This document shows positions 38,494 to 53,500 of a DNA stretch of 64,000 nucleotides, in pieces. Position numbers and translations under genes: made by a program. Source of the DNA: Trichinella spiralis (lineage: Eukaryota); the NCBI RefSeq assembly GCF_000181795.1, contig NW_003526943.1, positions 4,181,228 through 4,245,227 of the forward strand. The letters run 5' to 3'. Below the pieces are notes generated by a model. The model saw nothing but the letters and a program-made list of their open reading frames with translations. It did not search any database and had not been told where the DNA came from. How positions within the stretch are numbered: the stretch's first letter is position 1; each line of letters starts with the position of its first letter.

Positions 38494-39210
38494 CAGTCTG
38501 CCTTCACATCCGCAGTATGTACGTTCCAGCAGAGCCGCGAATGTCAAATTACTGCGAATACTTGCCTCTTCTGTTCATACACCTTGCTGATGCTTTATAA
38601 TCCTACGCAGTTATCTGAAAGCTGCAAGGGATATCACCGTCTACTGATTTACGTGTTAAATATTTATCTCGTATTTATTTTTTTTCTTTTGATTGTGTGC
38701 ATAAGCGTCAAAATCATTGGTGTGTTCTTGCATGCAAACTTGCCAGAAGTGGATGGACTGTCCGGCGCATCTATTTTAAAAAATATTGCGACTGTAGTAG
38801 CTTCATGCAGTACGTATTTACTCAATTTTGCGTTATTTTTACGCTGTGTTGGACTGTGCTAGCATGAAAGCGAACATTCTGCACTTCCAGACATGTACGG
38901 TCCAGGTCCAGTTGAGCAGTCTTGGCCAAGCGTCTGGAATCCAGGACCGATGCTGCCGGAAACCAACCTCCTGTTCACAGCGCCTCCTTTCCGTTCATCC
39001 TAATGTTTTTATCTTTTTTATTTTAGCATTAGTAGCGATTATTTAGCATTTCAGTTTGGTTGTCGTCATCACTACTGCTATGATGTGGAACCTCATGAGC
39101 AAAGACAACCTTCGAATCTGCAGATCCACAGCATACATACACACTAGGATATAAAAATCAGATCTATGTTTTTGGTGATTTTGAAATCCGTGAATGTTGA
39201 GGGCCGACTG
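38494..39210. mobile_element. pogo/Tigger (MER2-like) MITE, copy 1
   Basis: Imperfect TIRs cagtctgccttcacatcc... and ...tgttgagggccgactg followed by TA. Internal sequence is homologous to 61749-62309 in reverse complement. Confidence 0.7.
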
Positions 39211-41881
39211 TATATTAAACATATAACAGACAAATGCTTCTACAGAAATTATGAAAAGATTTGTTGAGTTTAATACAGATTGATAAAAATGCTTTATATT
39301 TTTGATCAGTTAGTTTATAGTAAGCATAATGGATAAATTTAGAATAAAATGGTAAGCATAACTATGAGAAAGAACAACTTTATAAAATTTAGAACCATAA
39401 AACATGAATAACATCAGATTCTGAACTGAACATTATAGTGCAAGTATTGAGAAGTCTAATAATTAAGTGATAGTAGAAGTCATTATATAACAGAAAGATT
39501 TATGGTTTATGGAATCTATAAGTGACGGGCCTGTTCATCATGACTTCTGAACGTTGGTGCTAACAACTCTATCTACATGCCAGCCTTCAGTAATTCTGTA
39601 GCATTAATAATTGAGAATTCTAACATCATCAGGATGAAATTTTTGTAGAATGCTCTTAACTCAGATACTCTCATAGATGACTCCTGTTTACTACAAAATG
39701 TTATACATTGTGTAAAATATAAAGTTATACTTGCTTTATTTTAACTCATAAAATATGATTTTCTGAGTGTAGCCAGAGATCAGTGTACAGTTTGGTAGGC
39801 TTTTTATATCATGTCGTGCTGGGTAGCAAGACTAACGGTTAGATTTCAGTGTCACATCTACTTAACACTTAAAAAATGATAAACACTATAGCTGCTGCTG
39901 AACCTCCTGCTGAAGCACATTCCTGAAAATCAAACTTTTGCAAACTCTCAGAAATTTTAAATTATTAAAGCGATGAGAATCTTCTATGTAGTTAAGAACA
40001 GTTTCTAAGTGATAAAAAAATCACCTAAAAATTTCATTTGGAAAACATTAGCAAGTGTTTTCATGTATACCATCAGTGTAGATGTCATTGCTTTGGGGAC
40101 ATTAGTCCTCTAATCTTTGTTATGGTTGTCGCTAATCAGCATCCTTATTGCAACTGTATAACATATGAATATATAATTGATAAACAGGTATCCTTAAATA
40201 ATCATAAATAATTTTAAAGTTAGTCATTAATTCAATCCTAAATAGAAATAAAAATTAAAACTAAGCATGAAGCAGGTCAAAATCATTGTTTTAAAATCAT
40301 AAGCGTTCTTGAAGAATGACAAGCAATACTGGAACTTTGGAAAACTTTGCAATAACTATTACAGTATAATGAACTAATGATAAAATAAACAAAGAGCAGC
40401 ACACTTGACATCAAATCATTTAACTAAAATTTGACCAATCAAGCAGAGAGAAATTAGATCATTCAGTGACCATTCAATCGTCAATTACGCAAAAACGTAA
40501 ATTCTTGGTTACCACTATTATAATTAACTGTAATGCAGCAAAGTTTAACACATTAATTAAAGATACGGAAAATTTTTTTTTATTTCTTATTATTTTAAAT
40601 TTTTACATAAGAAGATAAACTCACTTTCTTATAAGAATTCTATTTTATTCATTTATTATAGTATTTGCGCAAAGATTATGTTTGTCTGCTATTTCAAAAA
40701 AATGTATTTAATTATAGTTGACATTTTAGCATTTATTATGTGTGTAACTCATACAATCTCTAATTTTAATGTATTTTTGAATGATAATGTATTTAATTGC
40801 AACGATTGTAACGTAATTGCATTTTAAGCAAATTTAACATAAATTTGAAATATTAATTTCTCAAATAATGTGAATAAAATGAAATGTAACTGCTTTTTCA
40901 AAGCTTTATAATTTTTTATGGTGCAGTTGCTTCCATTTGCCATATTTTTTCTGTTTCTTATTTTTGCATAAAATTGAAGCACTCTGTTTCATTATGAATA
41001 ATTTCTGACTTAAATGTCACTATGAGTTTTATGTTTTTAAAGTTTACATAATATAAATATTCCATCTAAAGAAAACAAGTTTCACTTTGTACTACTTCAG
41101 AAACATTCTTTTTTCTATATTTATATAGCATGAATTACAATTATTCTGGAAATGTAGAAAGCACTTATTATTCATAACGTATTATTCTGTTCTTTTCTAT
41201 TATGTAACTTAAAGCATTTTTAAATATTGCAGATAGAATTTATTGTGTACGCAAACAAGGCATAGAATTTATCTTGGTTTTAAATGCGTAAATGCCCACA
41301 AAACATGAAATATCATAATTTTAGTTTTTCTATTACAATAATATATACATCATATTCAGAAAAATAAAATAAAAGATTTACTGAGATAATCTTTGCATGT
41401 GTAGAACTTTTGATAACGGGCATTTCAATGCATTTCACACAAATCAAAAATGGTTCATTATATTTGTTTGCAATTAATTTCTGTTCTAATTTATATCTGC
41501 TTTTAATGAAACGACACTTTTTCTTTCAGCTTATTCTTTATGCTTTTTTTATAATTTAAGTAATATTTTAAAATATTTGAATTAAGTATTTTCTAATTTT
41601 AGTCAAAAAATTATTAATCTAATAATGAAATGTAGACTTATGAATAAAATTCATTTTTTGACTGAAAACATTTTTCCTTATAATAGCAGTCGTTGTGAAC
41701 AAGGTTCAAGCTACAAGCTATTGCAACTGTTTTATTTAGTATTAAATTTGTTTAGTACGTTAAACGCTGATACGTTAAACTATTTTCCTACACTTTCACA
41801 ATCAATCATATTTGCACGTCTAACACGCACTGCATTAATGACAAGTTTTGAAGATGTAGCTTGTACAGGTTTGACAAAAAT

Positions 41882-44800
41882 TCACTGCAATCTAGCAGGC
41901 CAATATTGCGTCACAGTACAGCCGGACATGTCTGTCAGTACTTGACCTGGCACTTGTAGGGGAACTGATACTCCAGCAGAGATCAAACCTAAATAAATAA
42001 ATATTTAGTTGGTTATTTATGAATAAAAATAGTTCGATATAAATTAATAAAAATAAAAAATAATAATAAAGAATTCCATTATTAAATTTGCATCTTAAGA
42101 AAAGCAGTGCAACTGATGATCATATGATTGATGTATTGCTTGTCATTTAATGATTAGTAAAATTTTTGATAAAAAACTCCCCTAATGTATGTTTTACACT
42201 TCAAATGGCTTTTCAGAATTACAGGTGATCAAATAAAAATAAATGTCAAACAATAATGCTTTCAGATGTCATTTCCTTATGAAATCTTTGCCTTTTTAAG
42301 GAGGCATGTGCGAAATCTAACTTTATGCAATGCATATATTGGTGCATGTCTACATGTATAATAAATATTAAATAAAAGAAACAGAAATATGGAATATGAG
42401 ATTTAGATTGAGCACTGAAAAGGATCTTTGATCAATAAACTTACCAGCTGAAACATTTCCTGCGGTGTTAACAGGCCCGGATGACATTTGATGGCCAGTA
42501 TTTTGTGATGCAGCTCCAAAAGAGCGATACGCGTGAAGCGGATCATAAACTCTTGAGGGTGGAGCACCAGGAAGCATGCAGGAATAGCTGCTCACATCGG
42601 CACTGTTACCGGCTAAGCTCGGAGTCATACTGAAATTTGCCACGCCGCTCAGTCTGAAGTAACAAGAATAATATGAATAAAGTTATACAATAATAAAAAT
42701 TGAAAAAATGGAAAAGCTAGTTGCTTTTAAATTACCCATAAGTATCACTGATTGTTGGCTGTGACAGACCCGGATACATTGATACAGTAGGTTGTGGGAA
42801 TGCACTGGGAAAATTTCTCGGTACTGACACTGGCGCCGTGACGGCAGCAGCAGCAGCTGCTGCAGCGGCAGCGGCAGCAGACGCTTGTGCTGTGCTTACT
42901 GATGATATCCCTGTGTTTTGGTGACTTGGATTTGTTGTCGTCGTGTTTCCACAATCAAAAACTCGCTTCTGATTTCTCAGCTTCTCCTCACGGCGCCATT
43001 TGGCTCGTCGGTTTGAAAACCAGACCTTAATATATAGAGCATACGGTGAATGATCGTATTTCATTGAACATATTGACATATCGTCAAGGTGATGGGCAAA
43101 AGGCTGGCCTGACCAGCAACATCAAGTGGAAAACTTGACAAAATGGTAAAAAATCATTCACCTGTATTCTTGCTTCTGGCAAATTGATGCGGCCCGCAAG
43201 ACGTTCTCGTGCAAACACGTCTGGGTAATGGGTGCGTTCGAATTCTAAAGGCGAAAATTAATAGAGAATAAAAAAAGAAGAAAAACAAAATCAACGGCAA
43301 CATCACTTCCATCTTATCAACATCTTATGCAAAACAATATATTAAAATATGAGTTCTTTACCTCGTTCTAAAGAATCAATTTGCTCTTGCGTAAAAGAGG
43401 TTCGGTTGCGTTGCAGTTTACGCTTGAGTCTCAGTCTTGCTGAAGCAGCATCATCTCCAGATGAATCCAATTGCTTTGCTTCTTCCTCTATACAACAAAG
43501 AAAAATAATATAGTTATTTTTTATATAAAATTGCAACAAAATAAAGTTGCAATAAATTCTACATTCTATGCATTCTATTCTGCTTGCTTTCTGCAAATGT
43601 TTTGGGTAACAATAAATTTTTCAATAAAAAAATGCAATAAATAATAAAGTACAAAGTGGATTGACAGAGTTGCACATTCTATAGGTATATTGCATAATTC
43701 AGGCGGAGCGGACAAGAGCGACGTTGTACTGATCGCCAGTGCAAGCTGCTCTGCCCATGGCCACGTACAAAATGGCCAATCAAAATGCACATCCATCATT
43801 ATGCATATTGTTCAACATACTTGACATGATGTGATGACAAAGAGAAGACAAGAGATAATTTTCCGACGTAGGGGAGACAGTCAGTCTACTGACCAGCAGG
43901 CCCGGCTTGAAAGTGTGCAGCTGTAGAGGAAAAAGTTGAAAAAGTTGGATAAATTTGATTGAAACGACAGCAAAGACAGTTGCCTGAAAAATGGCCCGTC
44001 CAAACAATGCAGTTGCAGAGAAAATAACACCGTCGTCCGACGCAATATGGCGATGTCAACGTTGTTCTGTGGTGACGAGCAGTCGTGTACGTATGAATGA
44101 TGATTGCAATGACATGATAGGTCATTCAGGCAGTTAATAAAACTTGGATGGCAACAAACTGCTGTTATTGAAATTGGGTGGCATCAACGAATAAATCTGC
44201 TTTCTTTGTTTAAACATTGGCGTTGCTGCAGTAAGCATTACAAACTTATAAAATCTCTCATATTAACTTCCATCTTGTTTATATCTATATGTATGTTATT
44301 CTATTTCTTATGGATACAGTTCTGCAATTTTTTTGACTGCAAAGAAAGTCCCCCAGATAGCTGTCATCAGACTGGTTGTTCAAATCAAGCAGGATGAATC
44401 GTCACATTACCGCTGTCGTCGCATGACAGCATCATCCCATCTGAATAATATAAATTATCCCCAGCTTATCACAGTCTCCATTCATCCGCCCCTCTAGCCA
44501 TTTTATCACATTAATGTGTGATGAAATGATATCATTTTTCACATTTGGTAATTTTTCTTGTTCAAAAGTTTATTTGCTAATTTAAAAAATTTCTTTTCCA
44601 CTGTGCATCAGTTGAATATAGGGCGTGACAACAGAAATACTCTTGTCTAAAATGAGCACTCCATGGCAGCATTTTATAAACGGAAACTGCACATGGTATA
44701 AATAATGTCGTTTTTGATATGTTAAATTTTTTGTCATACCGTGTTAAAACGACAAGAAAATGAATGCACATGGTGGTCTGAAAACTGGAAACTCCGTCAC

Positions 44801-47800
44801 GTGCAGCTTAACATAATGAATGAGGTTGAAAAATATTAAAAAACTTGACTTTAAAATAAAAAAATATTGGGCATACATCATGTAACTTTAATTTAATGAT
44901 TATTGTAAAAAGTTTCACTTAATAAAGATATTATTTTAAACTATTATTATCTTTTGATTATTTTGTGCTGTTCAAATGCAATTAAAATTCAATGTTTTAA
45001 TCATACCTTTTTTTGATTCAACTGAAGGAGTGACTGCAAAATTTGTAAAAAAATTTGGCGCAGAAGGATTCATGGATGTAACGTGGGCATTTGGTTGGGG
45101 AATAGCGGCTGCAGCTGCTGGTGAATAAAGCCATGAATGACCTCCGTTCCATGACATGCGAAGTTTGTCATAAATTTCTTGTTGAGCTGCCTGTTGCTCT
45201 TTTTGAGCGGCCAAATTTCGAAGTACCCGATTTATAGATGATACCTGAATATAAAATGTACTTATGCTATTGTTTAATACTTACAAACACTATTTTTCAT
45301 GTATGAAATTAAACACATGCATTGTAAATTATAAAAGAAGCATTTGGAATAAAAGCTATTTTATTTAGAATTAAATGTACATTTCTCCAAATATTAATTT
45401 TAAGATTCAGTATGTTAATAATATGGCTGATTAAAATTTTAGAATCAAATGTAATTATTGATTTTTTCAAAATTGATATGTTTTCGATGCACAAGAGACA
45501 AATTATGATGCATTTTCATTGAGTCTTATCCCTCCAGTGCACTGCAGTTTTCGTTGTAAAAACGAGTTAGCCAAACATTACTGCTTCTCTTATAAAAATA
45601 CCGTATACAGTTTAAGCTGATTTGCAAGTTAAAAACTGATAGAAATAGCATTCATCAACATGTCTAATTTGATTTTTAAAATTATTTTTGCATATTACTC
45701 ACTTATGAAATATCGAATTTAAGCAATATTAAGCTGAATTACAATGCTGAATCCAGTTAAATGTTTGTATTGTACCAATTTTTGGAAAAATAGATTTTTG
45801 AATTCTGAAAATTTTTTGCAAATAAAGAAAATTAAAATTGTTTCATTCAAGCATTTTTAGAAAATGCGGCTTTAATTACCATTTTCAGCTTCATGGTTTC
45901 TATGCCAATCAAAAATGAGTATTAGTTAAAATTTTACATTTACATTAAATTGACAATACAACCTTATCATAAACAATTCGATCATATTATTATGAGATGC
46001 GATGTTGAAACACAAACCAAACAATCATTTTTGATTAAATAAAAATATATCAATCATTCAATCTAGAAGGAGGATGGGGAAGTAGTTAACTTCTTTGCAC
46101 ATACCGTATTTATCATAAATTATTTGTATATATTTACAAATAAAATTTTCTAAAGTTCGCACTTTTATTTCACTACTAACATTTAACCTTAATATATTAT
46201 TAAAAAACAGTTGTGTTTTGAGAAGCTAATGCTTAAATTTTATTAAATGCATAATATTCTCGTAAATTTTAATCTTTACGTATTTAAATCTTTGTCACTT
46301 ATTTATTTTTTATAACAAAAAATTATAATAGTATGTTTTCCAAGTTAATATATGTTTTAAGTATTTTACTGCTTAAAAAGGATTTACCATTTTTATTATC
46401 CATGGCATTCTAAATGTAAAATTACAAGTAACTTTTTCTAACGCAAAAGTTCTAATTTTTCTAGACATTAAGAAAATTATTTACTGTCAGTGTAAATAAA
46501 TAAATTTTCTATCACAAGCAATTTAGTGATGCCTTTAGCATTATAATTTTATAAAATATTCATCACAGTCTGTTCTTAATTCTGAAACTTCTCTAATTTC
46601 TTAGTTATGTTTTTAATATCATTCTAGAATGCTGAGTTTCATTCTGTTATCTAAAAGAGTAGAAGAAAATACTGCAAAAGAGAATAAACTAGCTAGCAAA
46701 TTTAGTGTTATGAAGTATACTGATCGATCAGCTACGACTATAACCGAATTGGTCAATGATTACGGTATTATTAACAACTATTGACTCGTTCGTAATTAGC
46801 CTGCAAAAACGAGTAGACTATTACTTATGCCCAATGGATCACTATGAGCTAGTGTCAATGCAATTTAAACCCTTCCCGTTAACTGGACAACATTGAAGTT
46901 TGCCGTGTCGAGTGAAAATTACTGCTGAAATCACGCGTGCATGATCTGCCACCCGGTAGACTCCACTTAAAATCATCATACTGTACCACTTGCTAAATGA
47001 ACATATTCGTATACGGTAGACCATGACCAACTTACACTTGGAATGTTGTCTTGATTGCAGACATTTTCTTGCAACAGACGGTCACGAATTTCCCATGCAA
47101 AAATTGATGGACATTCACGCTTATAGTCAGCAATCTTGTCGACCACTTTGTTAGTGGCCACACGGGGCTTACTACCGCCAATTGCTCGAGGGCGTATTGA
47201 GCCAGTCTCATAATAACGGCATAGGATTTTGCTTACACATCCGTTGGATACTTGTAAAATTCGTGAGATATCACATGGACGTGCGCCTTGATGAGCAAGT
47301 TCGATAATCTTTTGTCGAGTTGAGTCAGGCAATGGTCTTCCATTGACAAACACTCCACCCAACTGATTAACTCCTGTGTGTCCTAAAATGAAAAATTTGA
47401 GCTGAATTTTTGAATAAAATATTAATATATAATAATATATAAATAATAATATATAATATAATATAATAGTTACGGAGTATATTAATTAATATTGTTTTAG
47501 TAAAATTCATCAATACTTATTTTAAATGTATGTTATAATATGTTTAAATGAATAGCAAATTTCAAATTTTTAATTTTATGGTTTCACAAATATTTGATGA
47601 TGTTAAAAAAATCATTTTAAGGGTATTAAGGCATATTGGCTTAAACCTTCATAATATCTTCATAAGAACTATCAGCAATTGTTCTGAAATAAAGAAATAA
47701 AAAGTGAAATCATGAATAAATCATGAATTCATGAAACAACAGATCCTTTTTACATAATTCTCATAAATTTGCATTGTTATGGTCTTTAAATAAAACAAAC

Positions 47801-50592
47801 AGCTGCAATTTATTTAAAAACCTGAAAATTATGTAATATTTCAAACTCAAAGGGCATTTTCTTAATCTCAGTATCATATATTTACAAATATGATCATAAA
47901 ATGATGAATTATAAATCATGAAGTTTAAAATAAAATAATATCTGTCTGTGTCAGCTTTTTTAATGTATAAATAAGCTAATAAACTACATGGTGGAAATTA
48001 AAAAAATCTAACAAGTTTAGATGTGCTCAGTAACAGAAACACAAATAATTTAGTACGTAATGAAGGCAATTTTATCTTCGTCTGTAATATAATTACTAAA
48101 GGATTTTACGATTTTTCAAATAGTATTCAACTTTTTGAAAACATCACTTTTTACTTGCTTAATTTTCATAATTTTTACAGATGAGTTTTTTATGAGCCTT
48201 TTGTAAAATCTAATTTTCAGTAGTCACTTTTTGATCTAGAAATTAAGCTCATAAAAAGGTGTGAAAAGGACAGATTGGCAGTCATTAAAATGCATGAAAC
48301 ATTTCACTCGCTTTTGTTGTGCTTGACAGCATAGCAACTGTCTATCAATTTATCATTTTGGCACTTTGCCTGCTGGAGGATTCTTGAAAAGTAGCAGTTT
48401 GTCATAAAACTGAATGATTGGCATAGTGGTTATTGAACATATGGGCCATGCAGGGTCGGTAAAGTGATCTGACCCTTGACTTTGGATTCGCCTTAAAAGA
48501 GGCAGTCGGTTTGGTTTTTATCCATTGTCGAATCCTAGACGCGGATAGAAAATAATTCGAACTAGACAAGGCCAATTATTTAGGGTCGGCGAGTTCTAAC
48601 GAGCATTCTAAGTTCCGTCAGTTGCCCAATCACGGCTTGCTATGTTCGCCTCACTGCTTAAGCGTGATGATTTTATTTACTCGGTCCCAATTATAGAACA
48701 AAAGCCATTCAGTTTGGCTTGGTTACGGATAGTGTTTAGGCGCCAGCGGGTGGTGGCTAGTTGCACTGACTAACCTGACCGCTTTTTGCTCAGATCGTAC
48801 GCCGAAGCTAGTACGATGTAGGTCAGAGAAGCCTTTTTTGTCGTTTCTCATCGACGCGTTTAATCCGCTTCCTCCTAGACGGCATTTTGCTTGGTCGGTC
48901 GGCCATCATAATAGTATTAGACAGTTGGCCAGTGCTGAGAATGTAGTCGGCTTCGTCCTCTGAGTCAACCACATTTGTGACGGATCCTTGCCGAGAACAG
49001 AGCCTGCCGCCAGATCTTTTGTTTTTTTTCCACGCCGACTCCTTCTACTGGAAACGATTGGATATTTTCAGTTCCGCTGGCTTTCAATGTCACACAAGCG
49101 TGAAGGCAAGCCGTGTGTCTGGCGAGTACCATCTGCCTCCATAAAACACTAACTAGCTTCAACTCAGTGAACCGGCAAAGCTTTTCTTGTACAACTGCTT
49201 CCTGTACTATTACATGTACTAATCTACTCCCAGCTACACGGTACTTTTATAGTTGAACATTTTTATAGCTGGACGTTCATTATCACACTCATGCGAAGTC
49301 TTTTTCATATAAAGAATAAAATCAAACTAACCCTACAAAAACTACTAGCCTATAATTTTAATTATTATTTAAAAGATAATCTATTTCAAAAATTTGAAAA
49401 CTGCAAGATTTATTGATCATAAAATTAATTTCAAAATCTACATAATATAGAAATAAATACACAAAGAACGTACACAAATTCCATATTTAAAACTTTCACT
49501 CGAGTATGAAACTTCAAAATTTGACAATATCTTTATCATATAATCTAATGACCATTAACAATTAAATTATTTAAAATGATAATATAAAAATAATGAAGCA
49601 TTATTTGTATAATAACAAAATAATATTATAAAGTTGTCTTAATGTAGACAAATATGATATGTTTAAATATTTTTATACAAAAACAACAGATTGAATCATT
49701 TTAAAATATTTTTGAAAAAGAAAATGCAGTAAAATAAGTAACGCTGGTGCAACGTCCTTGAAAATGTTTGCAATGCTCCTATGATAACAGTTTGTTGGAA
49801 ACAATAGTGTTAAAGTCGGACAGTTTTGTCGTTTTTAAATTTCTAATTAAAATTGACACCAACCACATGCTTCTCTTATTAATGGGATGTGGGTGTTCTA
49901 ATCAAGCTGAATTGGAACAATGAGCTCAAAAAAGTAATGGAAAAAACTAAACAGTCAGTAAAAATGTTGTCACTGTGTGTGAAATGTCAGTAGACTTCAT
50001 GGAACCTAATTTTTCATTTTCAATCTTGAAATACCTAATAATTGGACATGAACAGCTAATTATTAGATGTGAAATACTTGTAAGAAAAGATGGTCACAAA
50101 TTAGTTGTTCATTTGACTTTCACAAGGCATATTCTCACATGCCGGTTAAAGATAAAAGAAATGACTAGATAATGGACAGTTGGTCAGCTTTTTGAAAACT
50201 GACCACAAATTAACGCAATCGAGGTCGACTCTGCTTTTCACACAGAGGCCGCAGGTGAGAATACCAATGACCCAGCTGGTTCATTCTCAGGACATGAAAA
50301 TGAATCTCTCTCCAGTTTGACTGGACAATAGCACCACAGAATAGAAAAAATAGCAAAAAGAAAACAAGTAAACAGCAAACTGTAGAAGTTTGTTAAATAA
50401 GTCCTACATCTGATAGATGATGACATCTAAATGTCGTATTTAAGTGGCGACATTTTATGACAATTATCACGGCCAGTCCTCGAATTGACACGTTTGTCTT
50501 TGGCATTTTTGGGGGTCAGTAGATAAAAACTCAAAACGCCAATGGCAAAACAAACTCGTTAAAGAAAACAAAAGCTTACCTTTGTGTGGCAT
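41882..50592 (-). CDS. Pax6: Paired box protein Pax-6 (vab-3/eyeless/toy orthologue), ~480 aa
   Basis: Exons 50580-50592 (MPHK), 47036-47382 (paired domain with Pax6-specific [10 protein letters not shown]), 45007-45244 ([11 protein letters not shown]...IYDKLRM), 44411-44440, 43362-43487, 43162-43244 and 42736-43025 (homeodomain LQRNRTSFT...[16 protein letters not shown]), 42445-42653, 41882-41988 ([15 protein letters not shown]...QYWPARLQ*). All phases are consistent. Confidence 0.97.
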
Positions 50593-53500
50593 GTCTTTTG
50601 ATGCTGACGAATGATTTGATCGTCAAATGACCTTCCTGACTTGAACCAACTGTGATATGGACTTTTCACAGAGTTGATTAGTTGGACGTTGTTGGAGCAG
50701 CTGAAAAATGCAGTATTGTTGTGTTGTTGGAGTTTAGCCATGATTTTAAAGAAGACGACCATACTGAGCTGAAGCAGACTAAAACCTGGACTACAATGTG
50801 CAACTAGACCTCTCAGTTAACTGAGCTAACAAGCGCATGGCTGAATGATTGCTTAGTTGCCCTTGTCAACTCTGCGCCTAATATAAGCAACGACTGCTGA
50901 TGCTTCGGCCCGAGTGATCGTCTTCACAACTAATAAACTGGAAACCGCAATTCCTTACACTTGATTTAAAATTCACCAACCAGAAGATATTTGTCTCCAC
51001 GTCAGCCAAGTGCAAGCGAGCTTTGAAACCCACTCTACCGAATGATTCAATATCTGAACGCGAACGATCCAACTGATCTAGTGAAGTGTCAGCGAGCTGG
51101 ATCGTCCAACCGGACTGGTCACTCATGCTCTATGGTCCGGTGGCCAATCGCCGCGCAGCGTCCGTTGATGCATCCCTCAGTCAACCAATCACCAATCGTC
51201 ACTGCTTACTGTACGCTAGCGGAACAAACGTTTCCGCTAAATGGAGCTATTCTAATCGAAATGTTATGAAAGCATTTGTCAAAATTTTTCGTTTCAACGA
51301 ACTGATACGTAGGATTAAGTCCAATGGCGGAATCGATTGCTGAAGTTAAGCTGGAACTGCTCTATATAAGAGCTTCATATAAATGTGATAACCAGTGCAG
51401 TTTAAAATAAAGCTCATATTTACATTTTTGTTCAACTGGTCAGTTTGTGTTTCATTGTTTGCAAGTATGAGAATAAACTGTGAATTTTCTTATTATTAAA
51501 TGTTCTCGTCAAGTTGTAAAACAGCGTTCTTCAAGCATTATAATTCAGCAACATCAATTCACGAGTGCTGCATACAGTTTGCTTGCATTTTATTTTATCA
51601 AGTATACCGTGCAATGAACATGCTTAACTAATGACCGTGATATTTCACGTTGATTGCCTTTCAATCAGCATCTGATGCATGATGGAAATAATTTCTCCTC
51701 TTTCACATAATCATGTTATACATGTAATAATATAAAGAGGAAAGCATGAAATTCATGTCGCATAAACCGCTGTTGGAAAATTTATATAAGTAAGTACGTT
51801 CAACTTCATGAGCTTCTTATTCACAAATTCAAGTTGTAAATTCGACTGTTGCTCAATCAAAATTATAATATCAAGCTCAATAGCATTTTAATCATATTTT
51901 CCAAGTAATTAAATAGCACTATAAAGTCTACTTAAAGGAATGCTTCTTTGATATTTATTTTTTTTGATAATACAAATGTGTATTTAACATCATTTTATTT
52001 TGTTTAATAAAAAAAACATTTCTGGCATCATCTACGTTTTATATGTAAAAATCGTGATAACTTATCCAGAGTATTATGACAAAAATAGAAGCAATGTACT
52101 GATTATCTCATTTTCAAAGCAACCATAGCATTAATTTAGTTTTCATATAATGCAGAGCAATATGAAATATAGATGATCAAATTTTTCATGAACAATTTTT
52201 TTAATAAACTGCTTTTTAAACTTTTATTATTATTTATACTTTAAAATTGAATTACCTAAACTGAAAATTTTTTATTTTGAACCATTTAAAAATGTTATAT
52301 TATTATCAAGAATGGTTTCTAAATCAAGCGTGCAGATTGTATGGGACAGTAAAAATTTTTTTGCATCAATATAATTAATTATATTAATTTGCATGCACAA
52401 TATGAATGCACGCAGGTTATTTCTAATAGTAAAAGTATCAGTTACGCTTTTAATTTCTCATAATATCACATAGCACGTAATAAAAATGCGTTAATAAAGT
52501 AATAATTTTTCCAACCAGTGATAATGAGAATAAAACAAAAGTGTTATATGCATATGCAAAAATTTTATACCTAAAAATGTTAATTTTGTTTTGAAATATA
52601 AAAAACACCACCTAGATAAAATATATCACAAAAAATATTAAATACCTTTCTTTGAATACTTAATCTTTAATAAAAGAGAGCAAATTAAATTAATCTTTAA
52701 CATTGATTCTTTATCAACGCTTCAGATTCATTTTAAATTGATTAACGATAGCAAACTTCATGTTTCTTGCTTGCCAGTTACAACCGTTGTTTATTTTATT
52801 CTATTTGAGTGATCAAAAGATAGGCATACATGGTTTTACTTTAATACAACAGCCAGTGTTTAACTTCGATTCAGATATATTTCACATGATCATCCTCTTT
52901 TCAAACATTTAACTTTCTTCTAAAGGTTTATCGCAATTAACCTACTTGTATCTTTGAATAAATTACACAGTATTTCTTTTTTAAAGAAAAAAATTCAGAA
53001 AATATAATTTCATTTGTTGTATAGTTTTCCGTGTTGCAACTACAGGTATATCAATAGTTCCTGCAGCCTATTGAAATAATAAAAATATGTTTAAGAAAAA
53101 ATTAAATTTAACCAGCTTGCTTAATTAAAATACAATATAAACTTTGTTCTCTGAAACGAATGTTCTGTCTATGATGAAATAAGAAAAAAAATAATACGAC
53201 CATTTGAAGAAGCAGTTCAATCTTTCGTAGTATTCACTTTATTGATTTTGTCAGCGGTGAGCAAGCTAAATAGCTTGGAAAGCAAAGCATTAATAAGTAG
53301 CAAAAGTTCACAAATTCAGACAGTTTTAAAATTAAAATTAAACTCTCAATGGTAATGACTTTAAGCAAGGATATTACGTTCTTAAGTTCAATAGTATTGC
53401 CGTTTATTATTAAATTAGTATAAATAGTTCAGTTGTATATTGTTAATTAATACAAGAATTATGCTAATTATTTGAAGCCTTAGATACCCTTTGCCCTTTA

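Noticed and set aside
38584..39046. ORFs 38584..38862 and 38828..39046, with counterparts at 61890-62430
   Set aside because: Chance frames within the MITE copies; frames are not conserved between copies.
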